Below are positions 1 to 10,390 of a DNA stretch of 64,000 nucleotides, piece after piece. Under the pieces are notes generated by a model. The model was not told the DNA's origin, did not search any database, and was given only the letters and a program-made list of their open reading frames with translations. Source of the DNA: Candidatus Marinacidobacterales bacterium (GTDB lineage Bacteria > Acidobacteriota > Vicinamibacteria > Marinacidobacterales > SMYC01); assembly GCA_965237955.1 (NCBI GenBank), contig OZ250169.1, positions 608,001 through 672,000 on the forward strand, written 5' to 3'. A program made the position numbers and the translations under genes. The first letter of the stretch is position 1. Every line of letters starts with the position of its first letter.

Positions 1-53
1 AAGTTCTTGAATCCGGTCAGGGGCGGCTCTTCGTAAGAGGGACTTGGACACGA

Positions 54-119
54 GCGCGTCCAGCTAAGGCTGGCATGTTCAGTGGGAGACAACCCCACCG
101 GGGAAATAGTTAGCACCCC
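54..119 (+). ncRNA. Probable group II intron 5' end remnant, truncated at 120
   Basis: GCGCGTCCAG...TGTTCAGTGGGAGACAACCCCACC resembles the GUGYG start and first domain I hairpin of bacterial group II introns; matching 3' remnants at 47342 and 49425. Confidence 0.4.
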
Positions 120-172
120 GTCCTGTGCCAAAACTCGGCCCATTTGAAATAGACCACAAATCAGCAGCTTAG
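120..172 (+). repeat. End motif A, copy 1 of 7
   Basis: GTCCTGTGCCAAAACTCGGCCCATTTGAAATAGACCACAAATCAGCAGCTTAG; related copies at 3545, 11551, 13939, 43012, 43300, 47034. Confidence 0.9.
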
Positions 173-322
173 ACGCTCTTGGAATCCGCGCAGAATCGAG
201 GGTATTTCGCGCCGCAGGGCTGGCTCAAATCGGCTGTGGGGCGAGCTGCGGGCAGTGAGCTTCGCACCCGGAAGTCCCTCATTAGACTGGACTTTATCGA
301 GCACAAGAGCGAACGTTCGGGG

Positions 323-754
323 ATGCCGCAGGATACAGGGGTTGGCCGGAACGTCGTTCTGGACGGTTTGGACTTCGCCAGCCTGCGGCGGGTCTGGGAG
401 CAGACCTTTGGGGCTGCTCCGCCAAGCTCGCTCTCGCGTATCTTCATGCGCCGCGTTCTCTTGCACGAACGCCAGTGCCGGACCCATGGCTGGCATTCGG
501 CCACAACCCGGCGCGCTCTGGCTGCCATGGCGAACGAGACACCAAGCTCCGGCGCTCCCGCAGAGTCCGTTTCTCCCGGCACCCATCTCGTCCGCGAGTG
601 GAATGGCCGGACCTACCAGGTCGAGGTAATCGACAACGGCTATCGGTTCGACGGCAAAACCTATCCGTCCCTCACTACCATCGCAAAGCGAATCACCGGC
701 ACCCACTGGTCAGGACCACGCTTTTTCGGTCTGACGCCCAAGCGCAAGGCCTAA
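323..754 (+). CDS. DUF2924 domain protein
   Basis: PGTHLVREWNGRTYQV...FDGKTYPSLTTIAKRITGTHWSGPRFFGL motif; directly upstream of a serine recombinase; ATG 323 is in frame with ORF 179-754. Confidence 0.85.
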   Translation: MPQDTGVGRNVVLDGLDFASLRRVWEQTFGAAPPSSLSRIFMRRVLLHERQCRTHGWHSATTRRALAAMANETPSSGAPAESVSPGTHLVREWNGRTYQVEVIDNGYRFDGKTYPSLTTIAKRITGTHWSGPRFFGLTPKRKA

Positions 755-755
755 C

Positions 756-2417
756 ATGAAGAAAATCCGCTGTGCCATCTATACGCGAAAGAGCGCGGAA
801 GAGGGTCTCGAGCAGGATTTCAACTCCCTCGATGCGCAGCGAGAAGCCTGCGCCGCGTATGTCGCGAGCCAGAAAACGGAGGGCTGGGTGCTGCTGCCAA
901 CCGTCTACGAGGACGCGGGGATCTCGGGAGGAACCCTGGAGCGCCCGGGCCTCCAGCGCTTGCTCGCCGACATCGATGCCGGTCTCGTCGACCATATTGT
1001 GGTCTACAAGGTCGACCGGCTGACCCGTTCCCTCTCCGACTTTGCAAAGCTCGTCGAGCGGCTCGAGGCGGCCGGCGCGGTTTTCGTCTCGGTGACTCAG
1101 TCCTTCAACACCGCGACCAGCATGGGACGACTGACGCTGCATATGCTGCTGTCCTTCGCACAATTCGAACGCGAGGTCACGGCCGAGCGGATCCGCGATA
1201 AGGTCGCTGCCTCCAAGCGCAAGGGACTATGGATGGGCGGCCGCGTACCGCTAGGCTATGAGAAGGACGGGCGCACGCTGCGCATCAACGAGGCTGAGGC
1301 CGAAACGGTCCGGACGCTCTATGCGCTGTACCGAAAGCACGAAACGCTCCGGCAGGTGAAGGCCGAGGCGGACCGTCTGAGACTGCGTACCAAGCAACGC
1401 TTCGCCGCGGATGGAACCCGAACGGGCGGGCTGCCGTTCCGTCGCGGACACCTTCACTGCCTGCTGACCAATCCTCTCTACGCCGGCCGCATCCGGCACC
1501 AGAGGCGTGTCTACGAGGGCCAGCATCCATCGATCATTGCTCCGGAGCTCTGGGACGCGGTCCAGGCGCAGCTGCAGGCAGGGGCTGCCAAACCAAGGAG
1601 ACGCACGACGAAGGGCCGCGCAGCCCCCTCCCCACTGGCAGGCAAGCTCTTCGACGAGACCGGGGACCGGCTGACGCCGAGCCACACCAAAAAGAAAAAC
1701 GGGCAACGGCTCCGCTACTACGTCTCCCGGCGCCTCATCCAGCACAGTGGCCAAAAGGACCTCTCCGGCTGGCGGCTGCCCGCCCTGATGCTGGAACAGA
1801 CCGTCTTGCATCTCATCCGACAGCATGTGGATGCTACGACCTTCTCGGCCTCGTTGATCCACACTCCGACGATGCAAGAGCTCGCCTCGGTGCGTCGCTT
1901 TTTAGACGGGCTGTGTTCCGATACTAATAATGATAGTGCCTCGGCAGCCCCCCTGCTCCGTCTTATCCGGCGGGTCGACATCAGCCCCGGCTCTGTGTCC
2001 ATCCTGCTCGACCGCAATGCGTTCGCTGCTTGCCTCTCTATGGGGCCCGAGCGCATTCGCGAGGATGCACTCTGCATCCACGCACCGTTCCGCTTGCGTC
2101 GACGCGGCGTCGAGACCAAGCTCGTTCTGGGCAACCCCACGAAATCCGTCGACCGCACACTCCTGCGCAATATCAGAAACGCCCTCTCCTGGCTCGACCG
2201 AATCAAAGCAGGCAAAACCTATGAGCAGATTGCCACCGAAAACGCCATCCCAACGGACCGCGTGCGCAAGGCAATCCGTTATGCCTTCCTGGCTCCCGAC
2301 ATCGTCCGCGCCATTGTCGAAGGCCGCCAGCCCGTTGGGCTGACCTCGAGCTACCTCTTGCATCATCCGCTTCCCGACGATTGGGAGAAACAGCGAGTGC
2401 TCGTCAAAACGCTGTGA
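756..2417 (+). CDS. Large serine recombinase (resolvase + recombinase domains)
   Basis: CAIYTRKS catalytic Ser, VVYKVDRLTRS, SFAQFERE, GGRVPLGY; intact 553 aa. Confidence 0.95.
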   Translation: MKKIRCAIYTRKSAEEGLEQDFNSLDAQREACAAYVASQKTEGWVLLPTVYEDAGISGGTLERPGLQRLLADIDAGLVDHIVVYKVDRLTRSLSDFAKLVERLEAAGAVFVSVTQSFNTATSMGRLTLHMLLSFAQFEREVTAERIRDKVAASKRKGLWMGGRVPLGYEKDGRTLRINEAEAETVRTLYALYRKHETLRQVKAEADRLRLRTKQRFAADGTRTGGLPFRRGHLHCLLTNPLYAGRIRHQRRVYEGQHPSIIAPELWDAVQAQLQAGAAKPRRRTTKGRAAPSPLAGKLFDETGDRLTPSHTKKKNGQRLRYYVSRRLIQHSGQKDLSGWRLPALMLEQTVLHLIRQHVDATTFSASLIHTPTMQELASVRRFLDGLCSDTNNDSASAAPLLRLIRRVDISPGSVSILLDRNAFAACLSMGPERIREDALCIHAPFRLRRRGVETKLVLGNPTKSVDRTLLRNIRNALSWLDRIKAGKTYEQIATENAIPTDRVRKAIRYAFLAPDIVRAIVEGRQPVGLTSSYLLHHPLPDDWEKQRVLVKTL

Positions 2418-2484
2418 GCCTGCCAGCGCCCACTCCGTGAATGGGCTCGGTTAGCAGCAAGCTGCTCTCCGACACTGGCCTCTA

Positions 2485-2517
2485 CCAATCAGCCTCAAAC
2501 TGGCCCAAATTCCCTGT
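2485..2517 (+). repeat. Putative recombinase-element end, repeated at 19705-19737
   Basis: CCAATCAGCCTCAAA(C/A)TGGCCC(A/C)AATTCCCTGT at both sites, followed by CATGGTT. Confidence 0.7.
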
Positions 2518-2953
2518 CATGGTTTCCAGACTCGGATAGCTCCTTGTACTGGACCGTCTGCGGAGTCATCTTCGTTTCCTCCGTAAAACTCCGCTGGATG
2601 AATTCGAGGTTTGGCCAATTCGAATTCCGCCATTCGCCTTCTCCTCAGGCGCGATCTAGGCGTTAAGCGTCTTCTCATTGTCTGCACGATTAAGCGCAAA
2701 AACGTCCCGATAAGCCCCAAAATCGCCCCAAATTGCACGCTAAGGGCCTGTTTTGCTCTCTTTCTGATCGTTTTCAGCCTAGAACCAGAAGCTCCAGTCG
2801 CCCCCACTCGAGCCTCCCGACTGCGATAGCCGGAAAGATGTTCCCGTCGACGAATATTCGCTGATGAGACGTAAAGCTTTTTATAACAATGAGTAACGGC
2901 CGGCGGTGGCGCCGGAGGGTTCACGACACGACCTTCTTTCAGGCGTCCAGGAA

Positions 2954-2987
2954 GTTGAAATTGCCGTATAGAAAAGATGATTAAAGC
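2954..2987 (+). repeat. 34 bp direct repeat, second copy at 3707-3740
   Basis: GTTGAAATTGCCGTATAGAAAA(GA/TC)TGATTAAAGC, 2 mismatches. Confidence 0.85.
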
Positions 2988-3544
2988 CAATTAAAATTCC
3001 GGCTCGAACGACCACCCGTCGATGATGCGTGCAGGGACCAGCACGTGACGGAGGCCGTTAAATCACTGTAGGGGAAGAGGATGGAACGAAATGGGCATCA
3101 TGGTTGAAACCCGAGAGGGCGTAAAACAGCCTTCTCCCAAAACCTGTGTACGCGTCAGAAAAGTCAATAAATGCGCGAAACTCGAAACCTCCTAAATCTC
3201 CACTTATTTTTCTCTTTGAGGATTTCCGCCAAAAGCTGGACCGCCTTTTGCCGAGACCGGCTAGCTCCAAACTGCACCATCCGCCACCCAGTCTGGCCAA
3301 TTGTGGCACTGCAGAGACGGGTGAGATTTTCCGCGCGGTTGGCGGGGTTTTGCAGGGGTAGGTGTCACCAGAGACGCGCTAGAAGGGCTGAACGGGCCTC
3401 ATTTTCGGTTTTCGTCTCTAATCTCGATGTTCGAGTGCCACGTTCGCGCCAAAGGGGGGAAAATACTCGAACACCCAGCGGGTCAGCAGTTTGCACCTTT
3501 CCAAAGGCCGCCTACCGCCCTTGGCCCGGTCGCAAACACAGACA

Positions 3545-3597
3545 CTACGCTGCTGATTTATGGTCTATTTCAAAAGGGCCGAGTTTTGGCACAGGAC
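3545..3597 (-). repeat. End motif A, inverted copy
   Basis: Reverse complement of 120-172 with few mismatches. Confidence 0.9.
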
Positions 3598-3610
3598 GCG
3601 AATGGAACCC

Positions 3611-3706
3611 CTGTGCTCCGCAAAAAATCGATCCAGCGTTGATTGCGCGTTCTACACCTTCTACGTTCGACTGCTTCTGGCTAATCTTCTTTTTTGCGGA
3701 TCACAG
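3611..3706. mobile_element. 96 bp MITE-like element
   Basis: Terminal IRs CTGTG(C/A)TCCGCAAAAAA; the same ends recur near 11675-11697, 43125-43163 and 46210-46279. Confidence 0.7.
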
Positions 3707-3740
3707 GTTGAAATTGCCGTATAGAAAATCTGATTAAAGC

Positions 3741-4021
3741 AAGCCCAGACGTCGCTCGGCGTCCGTCAGGCGAAGCTTCTTCCCGCGAAGCCGAGCTTTG
3801 AGGACTCTGTTCTCCTCAAGCAAGTAGACCATAGCGGCCTGTTGGTCACGCTGGAGCCAACCAACGATGGCGACGACCAACAAGGTCAAGGGCTGGACCG
3901 GCGTGCTCATGACCGAGGATTCTAGCTCCCATTGGCCAACCAAGCGTAGACACGTTTATTACGAAACGTCCCGGCGCGGCGAGCCGGTCTTGAGTTCGTT
4001 TGTGTTTTTGGACACGACGGG
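3741..4021 (-). pseudogene. Integrase-core (rve-type) transposase N-terminal fragment with element end
   Basis: MSTPVQPLTLLVVAIVGWLQRDQQAAMVYLLEENRVLKARLRGKKLRLTDAERR (ATG 3910); end GTGTTTTTGGACACGACGGG also at ~50530. Confidence 0.65.
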
Positions 4022-4198
4022 AGAGACTCTTCCCGCTGGGAGGGAGTCAGCCGGTCGTGGTTCACTGTCGCAGATCCGAATGACGACTACATCTAACTTG
4101 TGAGGATGCGCGGAAGTTCCGCGTCGACCGCGAACAGGCTGGTCCGGTGATGATAGACGTGCAGTAGCAACAGCGGGCGCGCCGGAGTATCTTCGACA

Positions 4199-6023
4199 AT
4201 GAAGTGGGCGAGGTGGTTTCTCCCGATGTTGTGCTTCGTTCCGTGTTGCGCTTCTCCTCCGGAGAATCCCTCCCTACCCGTGCTCTTCGCGCGGCAGGTC
4301 GACGAAGCAGAAAAAGACTACGACGAGACGCTTTTTCGCTCCTATCGTAAGGACGGATTACTGTCAGCACCGGTCACTTTTGGGAAGGAGACCCGTCGCT
4401 CTCTCACGCCTCCCGTCCCTTCGCGACTGACCTTCACAGTGCCGATTCCTGCTGACCCTTTGCTGAGTTTCTCCATTGGCGTTTCCACCCTCGGAGAGCA
4501 AACACTTGTCCGGCCCGTCCGCTTCACCATCTATGTGGACGAAGACATCGCCTTCAAGGAGACGGTGCGGGACCAACCGAATGTCTGGCTCCCTCGTACG
4601 GTGGACTTGTCCGAGTGGTCGGGAAGAACAGTTCGCCTCGGTTTCGAAACTGTCTTGCGCGGAACGAGCCTTAAGAACGATGGCGGCGCATTCCTTCCGG
4701 CTTGGGGGAATCCGGTGCTGGATGGATCTCCGGCGAATGAGGACGGAATGAATCTGGTGCTGATATCGGTGGATTGCCTTCGTGCCGACCATGTCAGCAC
4801 CTACGGGTACACAAGGAACACCACCGCCAATATCGATCGCTTCGGCACCGAAGGAGTTATATTCCGTAACGCCGCCAGCGTCTCCTCCTGGACGCTCCCC
4901 ACTCACATGTCCATGATGACTGGGCTGATGCCATCCCTTCACGGAGTTAGTACAAAATACAAGCTGAGCTCTTCCGTTCCCTACCTTCCCGAGATACTCG
5001 CGGACAACGGCTACCAGACGCTAGGCGTCGCTGCCGGGGACTACCTCTCGCAGGAGTGGGGCTTCGAGCGTGGCTTCGATGTTTAACCGCATGCTCATCC
5101 AGCGTCGCGCCAGCGAGATTGTCGATGCGGCACTCGAGCTGGCACGAGGGACTCGAAGCGCGAAGAAATTCTTGTTCGTACACCTGTTCGATGCTCACTG
5201 GCCGTATCTTCCGCCGCCAGGCTTCCACGATCGGTTTGACGAGCGCCCGCCGGATATCTCCGATATCCTGACCAAGGTGCGTGACAGACTGCCGTCCTCC
5301 GGGCCAGAGGAGATCCATCAACTTGTAAATCTATACGATGGGGAGATCGCGTACCTCGACCAGGAGCTGGGAAGATTCTTTGCCGGACTCAAGGAAGCAG
5401 GCATCTACCACCGGTCCTTGATCATTCTCACCGCCGACCACGGCGAATCTTTCTACGAACACAATGCATGGGAACACATGGGTTCACTTTTCGAGGAGGT
5501 CACGCACATTCCGTTGATCGTGAAATGGCCTGGGGAGTCTCCCACCGGAACCGTCGAGTCCTTGGTGAGTCAGCTCAACATCTTCCCCACCCTGCTCGAG
5601 GAAGCAGGACTCGTTCCCCCATACGACTGCGTCTCGCTCGCCCGATTCCTTGGAGAAAGTCCGGCACCTTCTAAGAACGCTCTTAGCGAGATTACCTGGG
5701 ACGCTAAAGAAGGTCAGGGAGCGGCGATGAAGATTGCTGTCAAGGATAACCGGCTCAAGTACATTCTGATGCTCGCCGGAGAGGTCGAAGACGAGCTGTT
5801 CTTCTCGGAAGTGGTGAACGAGGAACTCTACGATTTGATCGAGGACCCCGGCGAGCAGAAGAACTTGCTTCCCGAGACGACCACCGATATCGGCCCGTTG
5901 CGGCGCGATGCCCTCTTTTTACTGGAAAAGGCCCGGACCCTACAGGCCAAGCGACGGGGCCAGGAAGTCGTTCTGGATGAAGAGCTCTTGGAGCGCCTCA
6001 AGGCCCTGGGCTATATCAATTAG
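4199..6023 (+). pseudogene. Sulfatase/alkaline-phosphatase superfamily protein, frameshifted near 5080
   Basis: NLVLISVDCLRADH, SSWTLPTH, HLFDAHWPY, YDGEI, ILTADHGE, ELYDLIEDPGE, LKALGYI split across ORFs 4199-5086 and 5070-6023. Confidence 0.85.
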
Positions 6024-6096
6024 TCATGCGCGGTCTGCCGGATCTGTCCCGATTCCCGTGGAAATAAGAATGGCGTAACCTCCGGCTAAGAAAAAC

Positions 6097-7482
6097 GGGT
6101 CTACGCGGATTCGTGTGGGTTGAAAACTGCATTTCTGGGTAATGGCGGAAGGAAAGCCGCCACGATCTTCAGCTTGAGATATTCCTCGTCGCGATAGCCG
6201 TAGGCGCGTCGTTGCAGAACACGGATTTTGTTGTTGACCCCTTCAACTATGCCGAGACTGACTTTGTTCTCCGGATGACAGTAGGAGGCGATACCATCCC
6301 AATGGGACTCAATCATACCGGCGAACTTCTGGTACGGATGCAGGCGTTGCCATTTGAGGCTGTCTTTCCAACGAGTGAAAAAGGCGCGAGGGCCGCGTTC
6401 GGTGCGGTAATCCCAGAGTTGCCCGAAGGCCTCCTTCAAAATATAGGCGGTGTTCAGGCGCCGGTTGGCCTGGAGCAACTTTTTGAGTGCGCGGCGACCG
6501 TCTAGGCTCAGGTTCTCCCGCCGGGAAAGCAAAGTGTAACGCTGCCCCTTGATGTACGACCGGTCCTTGCCGCTGAGGCGTTTGTACTCACCGCGTCGGA
6601 CCTCATCGAGGGCCTTTGACAGATGACGCATGATATGAAACTTGTCGAAGATGATCCGCGCATTAGGCGCGTTGTGAATCACCGAGTTCCGGAAGGGCTT
6701 CCACATATCCATGGCGGCCAGCTTGATACGGGCGCTTTTCTTTCCGCCCAACGCCTTGAAGAACAAATCGATGTCGGTTTCTTTGCGACCCTCACCGCCC
6801 ACCCAGATGGGACGCGCCCGCTCCAGGTCGCTGACAATGACGCGATAGTTATGTCCCTTGCGGATGGAGATCTCATCGACACCGATGGCCCGAGGCGCCG
6901 GTAGGCCCCGCCCGGTCGACCTGCTCTTGCATGTAGAGCGTATCCAGAGCCTTCACCGTACCGTGGTGCAGACGTTCCATCTCGGCCACCGCCTTGTTCG
7001 GCATATCCCGGCACAGCTTGCCCACATGCGTCGCAAAACGCTGGGTGTAGCGCGAGTTGTTCGCCAGCCAGTCTAGGTGTTCTACATGCACACCGCCGCA
7101 CCCAGAACAGTTGACGCGCCAACGCTCGTATTCCAGATAGATCCGCCAGCCTGCCAACGACAGGTCGCGGACCCGGCACACTTGCTTGTCATAGCGCCCC
7201 CGGCACCGTTGCCCACAGTAAGAGCACACAGCTGTTTTTTTCGCCTCTTGAGCTGGATGACGCGGGCGTATCGGTCACCGAATAGACCCTTCAATCCGGC
7301 ACCAACCACGAAACCTGGCAGCGCAAACAGCGAGCGGATCGACTGGGAATTTTTCACTCGGTTAGCCTATCCTAAAATATGGACCACTTTTCAGCACCTG
7401 ATGAAGTACTCGATACCTTTTCCACACAATGAGTTACACTGTTTTTCCGTCAGAACTTACCCACACGAATCCGCGTTAACCC
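6097..7482 (-). mobile_element. ISL3-family element with a frameshifted transposase
   Basis: 24 bp IRs GGGT(CT/TA)ACGCGGATTCGTGTGGGT; near 8 bp TSD AGAAAAAC/AGAAAACC; zinc finger CSYCG, AMDMWKPF, FDKFH, EGVNNKIR across ORFs 7082-7357, 6873-7229, 6101-6802. Confidence 0.9.
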
Positions 7483-7528
7483 AGAAAACCCAAACCACGC
7501 CTGTAAAGGCGAGGAGGAGGATTACGCC

Positions 7529-8737
7529 ATGAAGAAGCCTACCACCATATCGAAGGAGTCTGTAAGCGAGTACCGGGAGTTCGTCCAACTTCGGCTGCGT
7601 AAGCGGGTACTGGAGGCGATCGAGGTCGTGCTCGAGGAAGAAGTCAACCAAGCGCTGGGGTGTGGTAGCTACGAGCGTGCGGAAGACCGCCGTGGATATC
7701 GCAACGGAGCCGAAACCCGTCGCGTGACGACGTCGGTGGGAACTCGCGAGCTCCGGGTGCCACGAGCCCGCGTGCGAGACGAGGAAACGGGAGAGACGAC
7801 AGAGTTCAGGAGCGAGCTGTTGCCCCGGTACGCGCGCCGGACTCGTGAGGTCGACGAGGCGATCTTGGGGACGTACTTGTCGGGCGCGAATAGCCGCCGG
7901 ATCCGCAAAGCGCTGAAACCACTGCTCGGTGAGGAGCACCTATCGAAGAGCGCGGTGTCTCGCGTGGTTAGCCGGCTGAAGGAGCGCTTCGAGGAATGGC
8001 AGAACCGTGCTCTCAGCGAGGAGGTCTACGCGATCGTTTACCTGGACGGCTTCCACCTGAAAGTGCGGATGGCGAAACGTGTGATCAGCGTACCCGTACT
8101 GGTCGCGCTCGGGGTCGCGCCAGACGGGCACAAACGTCTGTTGTCATTGCGTCTGGCGGTGAGCGAAGCCTCGACGCATTGGGGCTCCGTGCTGGAGGGA
8201 CTCCAGGCTCGAGGACTCCGGGCTCCCAAGCTAGTGATCAGCGACAGCCACAAGGGGCTGACGAAAGCGCTGGAGAAGTGGCCGGGGTGCCGGTTGCAGC
8301 GATGTACCGAGCACAAGCGCGCCAACTTGCTCCAACATTGCCCGGCGCACGCACGCCGTGAGCTCCGGCGTGACTACAACCGGATCGTCTACGCCAAGAA
8401 CGGGATCGATGCTCGCAAAGCCTATGACGAGCTCGTCGCCAAGTGGACGCCTCTCGCGCCGGCCGTCGTCCGAAGCCTAGAGGAGGCCGGTAATCAGCTG
8501 CTGACCTTCTATGAATTCCCTCGTGCCATGTGGAAATCGATTCGAACGACCAATGCTCTGGAGAATCTCAACCGCGAGTTTCGACGCCGGACGAAAACCC
8601 AAGCGTCGTTCTCCAGCGAGGAGTCCGCGGTCGCTTTGCTGTTTGGGCTTATCGCCTCTGGCCAGATTCAACTACGACGCATCGACGGCTACCAACGTCT
8701 GAGCGAGGTTCTCGAACACGCGGAGGTTGCCGCCTGA
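7529..8737 (+). CDS. IS256-family transposase
   Basis: GYRNG, LRVPR, YLDG, QRCTEHK, IRTTNALENLNREFRRRTK; RBS GGAGG. Confidence 0.95.
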   Translation: MKKPTTISKESVSEYREFVQLRLRKRVLEAIEVVLEEEVNQALGCGSYERAEDRRGYRNGAETRRVTTSVGTRELRVPRARVRDEETGETTEFRSELLPRYARRTREVDEAILGTYLSGANSRRIRKALKPLLGEEHLSKSAVSRVVSRLKERFEEWQNRALSEEVYAIVYLDGFHLKVRMAKRVISVPVLVALGVAPDGHKRLLSLRLAVSEASTHWGSVLEGLQARGLRAPKLVISDSHKGLTKALEKWPGCRLQRCTEHKRANLLQHCPAHARRELRRDYNRIVYAKNGIDARKAYDELVAKWTPLAPAVVRSLEEAGNQLLTFYEFPRAMWKSIRTTNALENLNREFRRRTKTQASFSSEESAVALLFGLIASGQIQLRRIDGYQRLSEVLEHAEVAA

Positions 8738-8800
8738 TATGATACTCTGATGACGGAGTGGAGGGCGCCGTTCTTTTTCCACGGACCTCGGGACACATCC

Positions 8801-8980
8801 CTCTACTTCGTGCACTACAACTTCTGCCGGGTCCACCGGGGCCTTCGTGTGACGCCAGCGATGGAAGCCGGAATCACCAACACGGTGCACGACATGGAGT
8901 GGATCGTCAGCCTCATCGATGCGCGGGCACCGAAGCCAGGCCCACGCGGACCCTACCGGAAGCGCCAGCAGGCAGCATGA
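8801..8980 (+). pseudogene. IS1-family transposase C-terminal fragment
   Basis: LYFVHYNFCRVHRGLRVTPAMEAG...PGPRGPYRK. Confidence 0.7.
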
Positions 8981-9041
8981 TGCGCCGAGCCACGTTCTGT
9001 CTCGTAGTGGCGACCGTAATAACTCTGCCTCTCCTGCCATT

Positions 9042-10263
9042 TCAGTGGATCCTCTCGAGGGTGAGACCGCCACAGTTTAGGTAGACGAGACTGATGAGAG
9101 CTTCGGCAGAGTGGAGTCCAAAGCTGCCGGTGGCTCAGCAGCCGGATTTTGTTGTTCATTCCTTCGAGTCGGCCGTTGCTGAGTCTCCACGTGACCCACG
9201 CGATGACGCCATCGAAGTGGCTGCGGATCATCTTCGCCGCGCGTTTGACGGGCTCTATCCTCGAGCTCATAGCGCGCCGCAGCCATCCTCGGAGAAACTT
9301 CTTGGCCCATGTCTCGGTTTTGTAGGTGTAGAGGTCCATGAAGTCGTCGCGCAGAAGCATGGCGCGGTAGAGGCGACGATTAGCTCGCACCTGCTCGCGG
9401 AGCACCCGTTTGTCTTTCGCGCTGCGGTTGTGTTTGGCCTTGAGAAGGGGAAACTTGGTGTTCTTGAGGTTGCGCCGGGCAGTCCCTTTGAGCTCGCGCA
9501 CCAGCTCGCGCCGGGTCTTATCCACGGCCTCGTTCAGATGCTTGACGATGTGGAAGCGGTCAAAGATCACCCGTGCCTGAGGAGCCTTTTTGCCGACGAC
9601 AGTTATGTACGGCTCCCACATGTCCATGCTGACCGCTTCGAGCTCCGCGGCTCTTTGTGGTCCGAGCTTGCGGAAAAACCGCAGCAGCGTCTTGGCCTTG
9701 CGCTCCTTTCCCGCCCAGACGACCCGGCCGCTGAGATGGTCTATTACCACTGTTAAGTACTTGTGGCGTTTGCGGTAGCTGATCTCGTCCATCCCAATCA
9801 CCCGCAATCCATCGAGCTCGCGCCGCTCATCCCGCTGCTCGGCAACCACTCGCTGGATGATCCGTCGCACCGAACGCCACGTCACTCGGAAATAGTTCGC
9901 TACGGCGCTGACGTCCGTCCTCTGTGCCAGCCACGCTACCTCTTGTTCGAAGCTTTTGGTAAAGCGGCTTCCCTTGTCTGCCCAAGGCACCTTTTCTCTG
10001 ACCACTCCACACCGCCGACATACCACTCGTCGGATCGAGTAGCGAAGATAGGTCCGGACTCCGAACAGGTCCAAGTGCCGCCAGTAGCGATTGTAGCGAT
10101 CTTTGTTCTTGCGGACCTTTCGTCCGCAAATCCCGCACAGAGGCTTCCTCCTCCGTGGTACTACATCCACCACCACTCTGGCTTTGTCCGCCTGGAAGTG
10201 GAAACCTCGGACCCACAGGCCTTGCAATCCGATGAGCTTGTTGACTAACGTAGTAACGCGCAT
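9042..10263 (-). pseudogene. Second ISL3-family transposase, 1 bp frameshift near 9127
   Basis: CGICG, WRHLD, GMDEISYRK, SMDMWEPY, FDRFH, EGMNNKIR; native tail SFGLHSAEALISLVYLNCGG lies in another frame. Confidence 0.85.
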
Positions 10264-10390
10264 CGCGGGAACGCTCTTTTCTCTTTCGGAAAAAAAGATT
10301 CTAGCGTTCTCGCCGATGCGCATCTACACATGGCTTACCCTCTCAACCCACGGGCCTCACCAAATGCCACTGCCCCTCAGCGGGAGACAA

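Larger units (their letters stand above)
6040..8800 (+). mobile_element. IS256-family element with an ISL3 nested in its left end
   Basis: Imperfect ~30 bp IRs GGAT(C/G)TGTCCCGA...CCGTGGAAA..AAGAA at 6040 and 8800; the uninterrupted left end is seen at 21534. Confidence 0.85.

Noticed and set aside
2517-3737. Short ORFs 2517-2990, 3058-3309 and 3171-3737 as genes
   Set aside because: No recognisable motifs; they run across repeated non-coding element ends
2954-3740. 34 bp repeat with CRISPR-like ends
   Set aside because: Only two copies, 753 bp apart, and no cas genes
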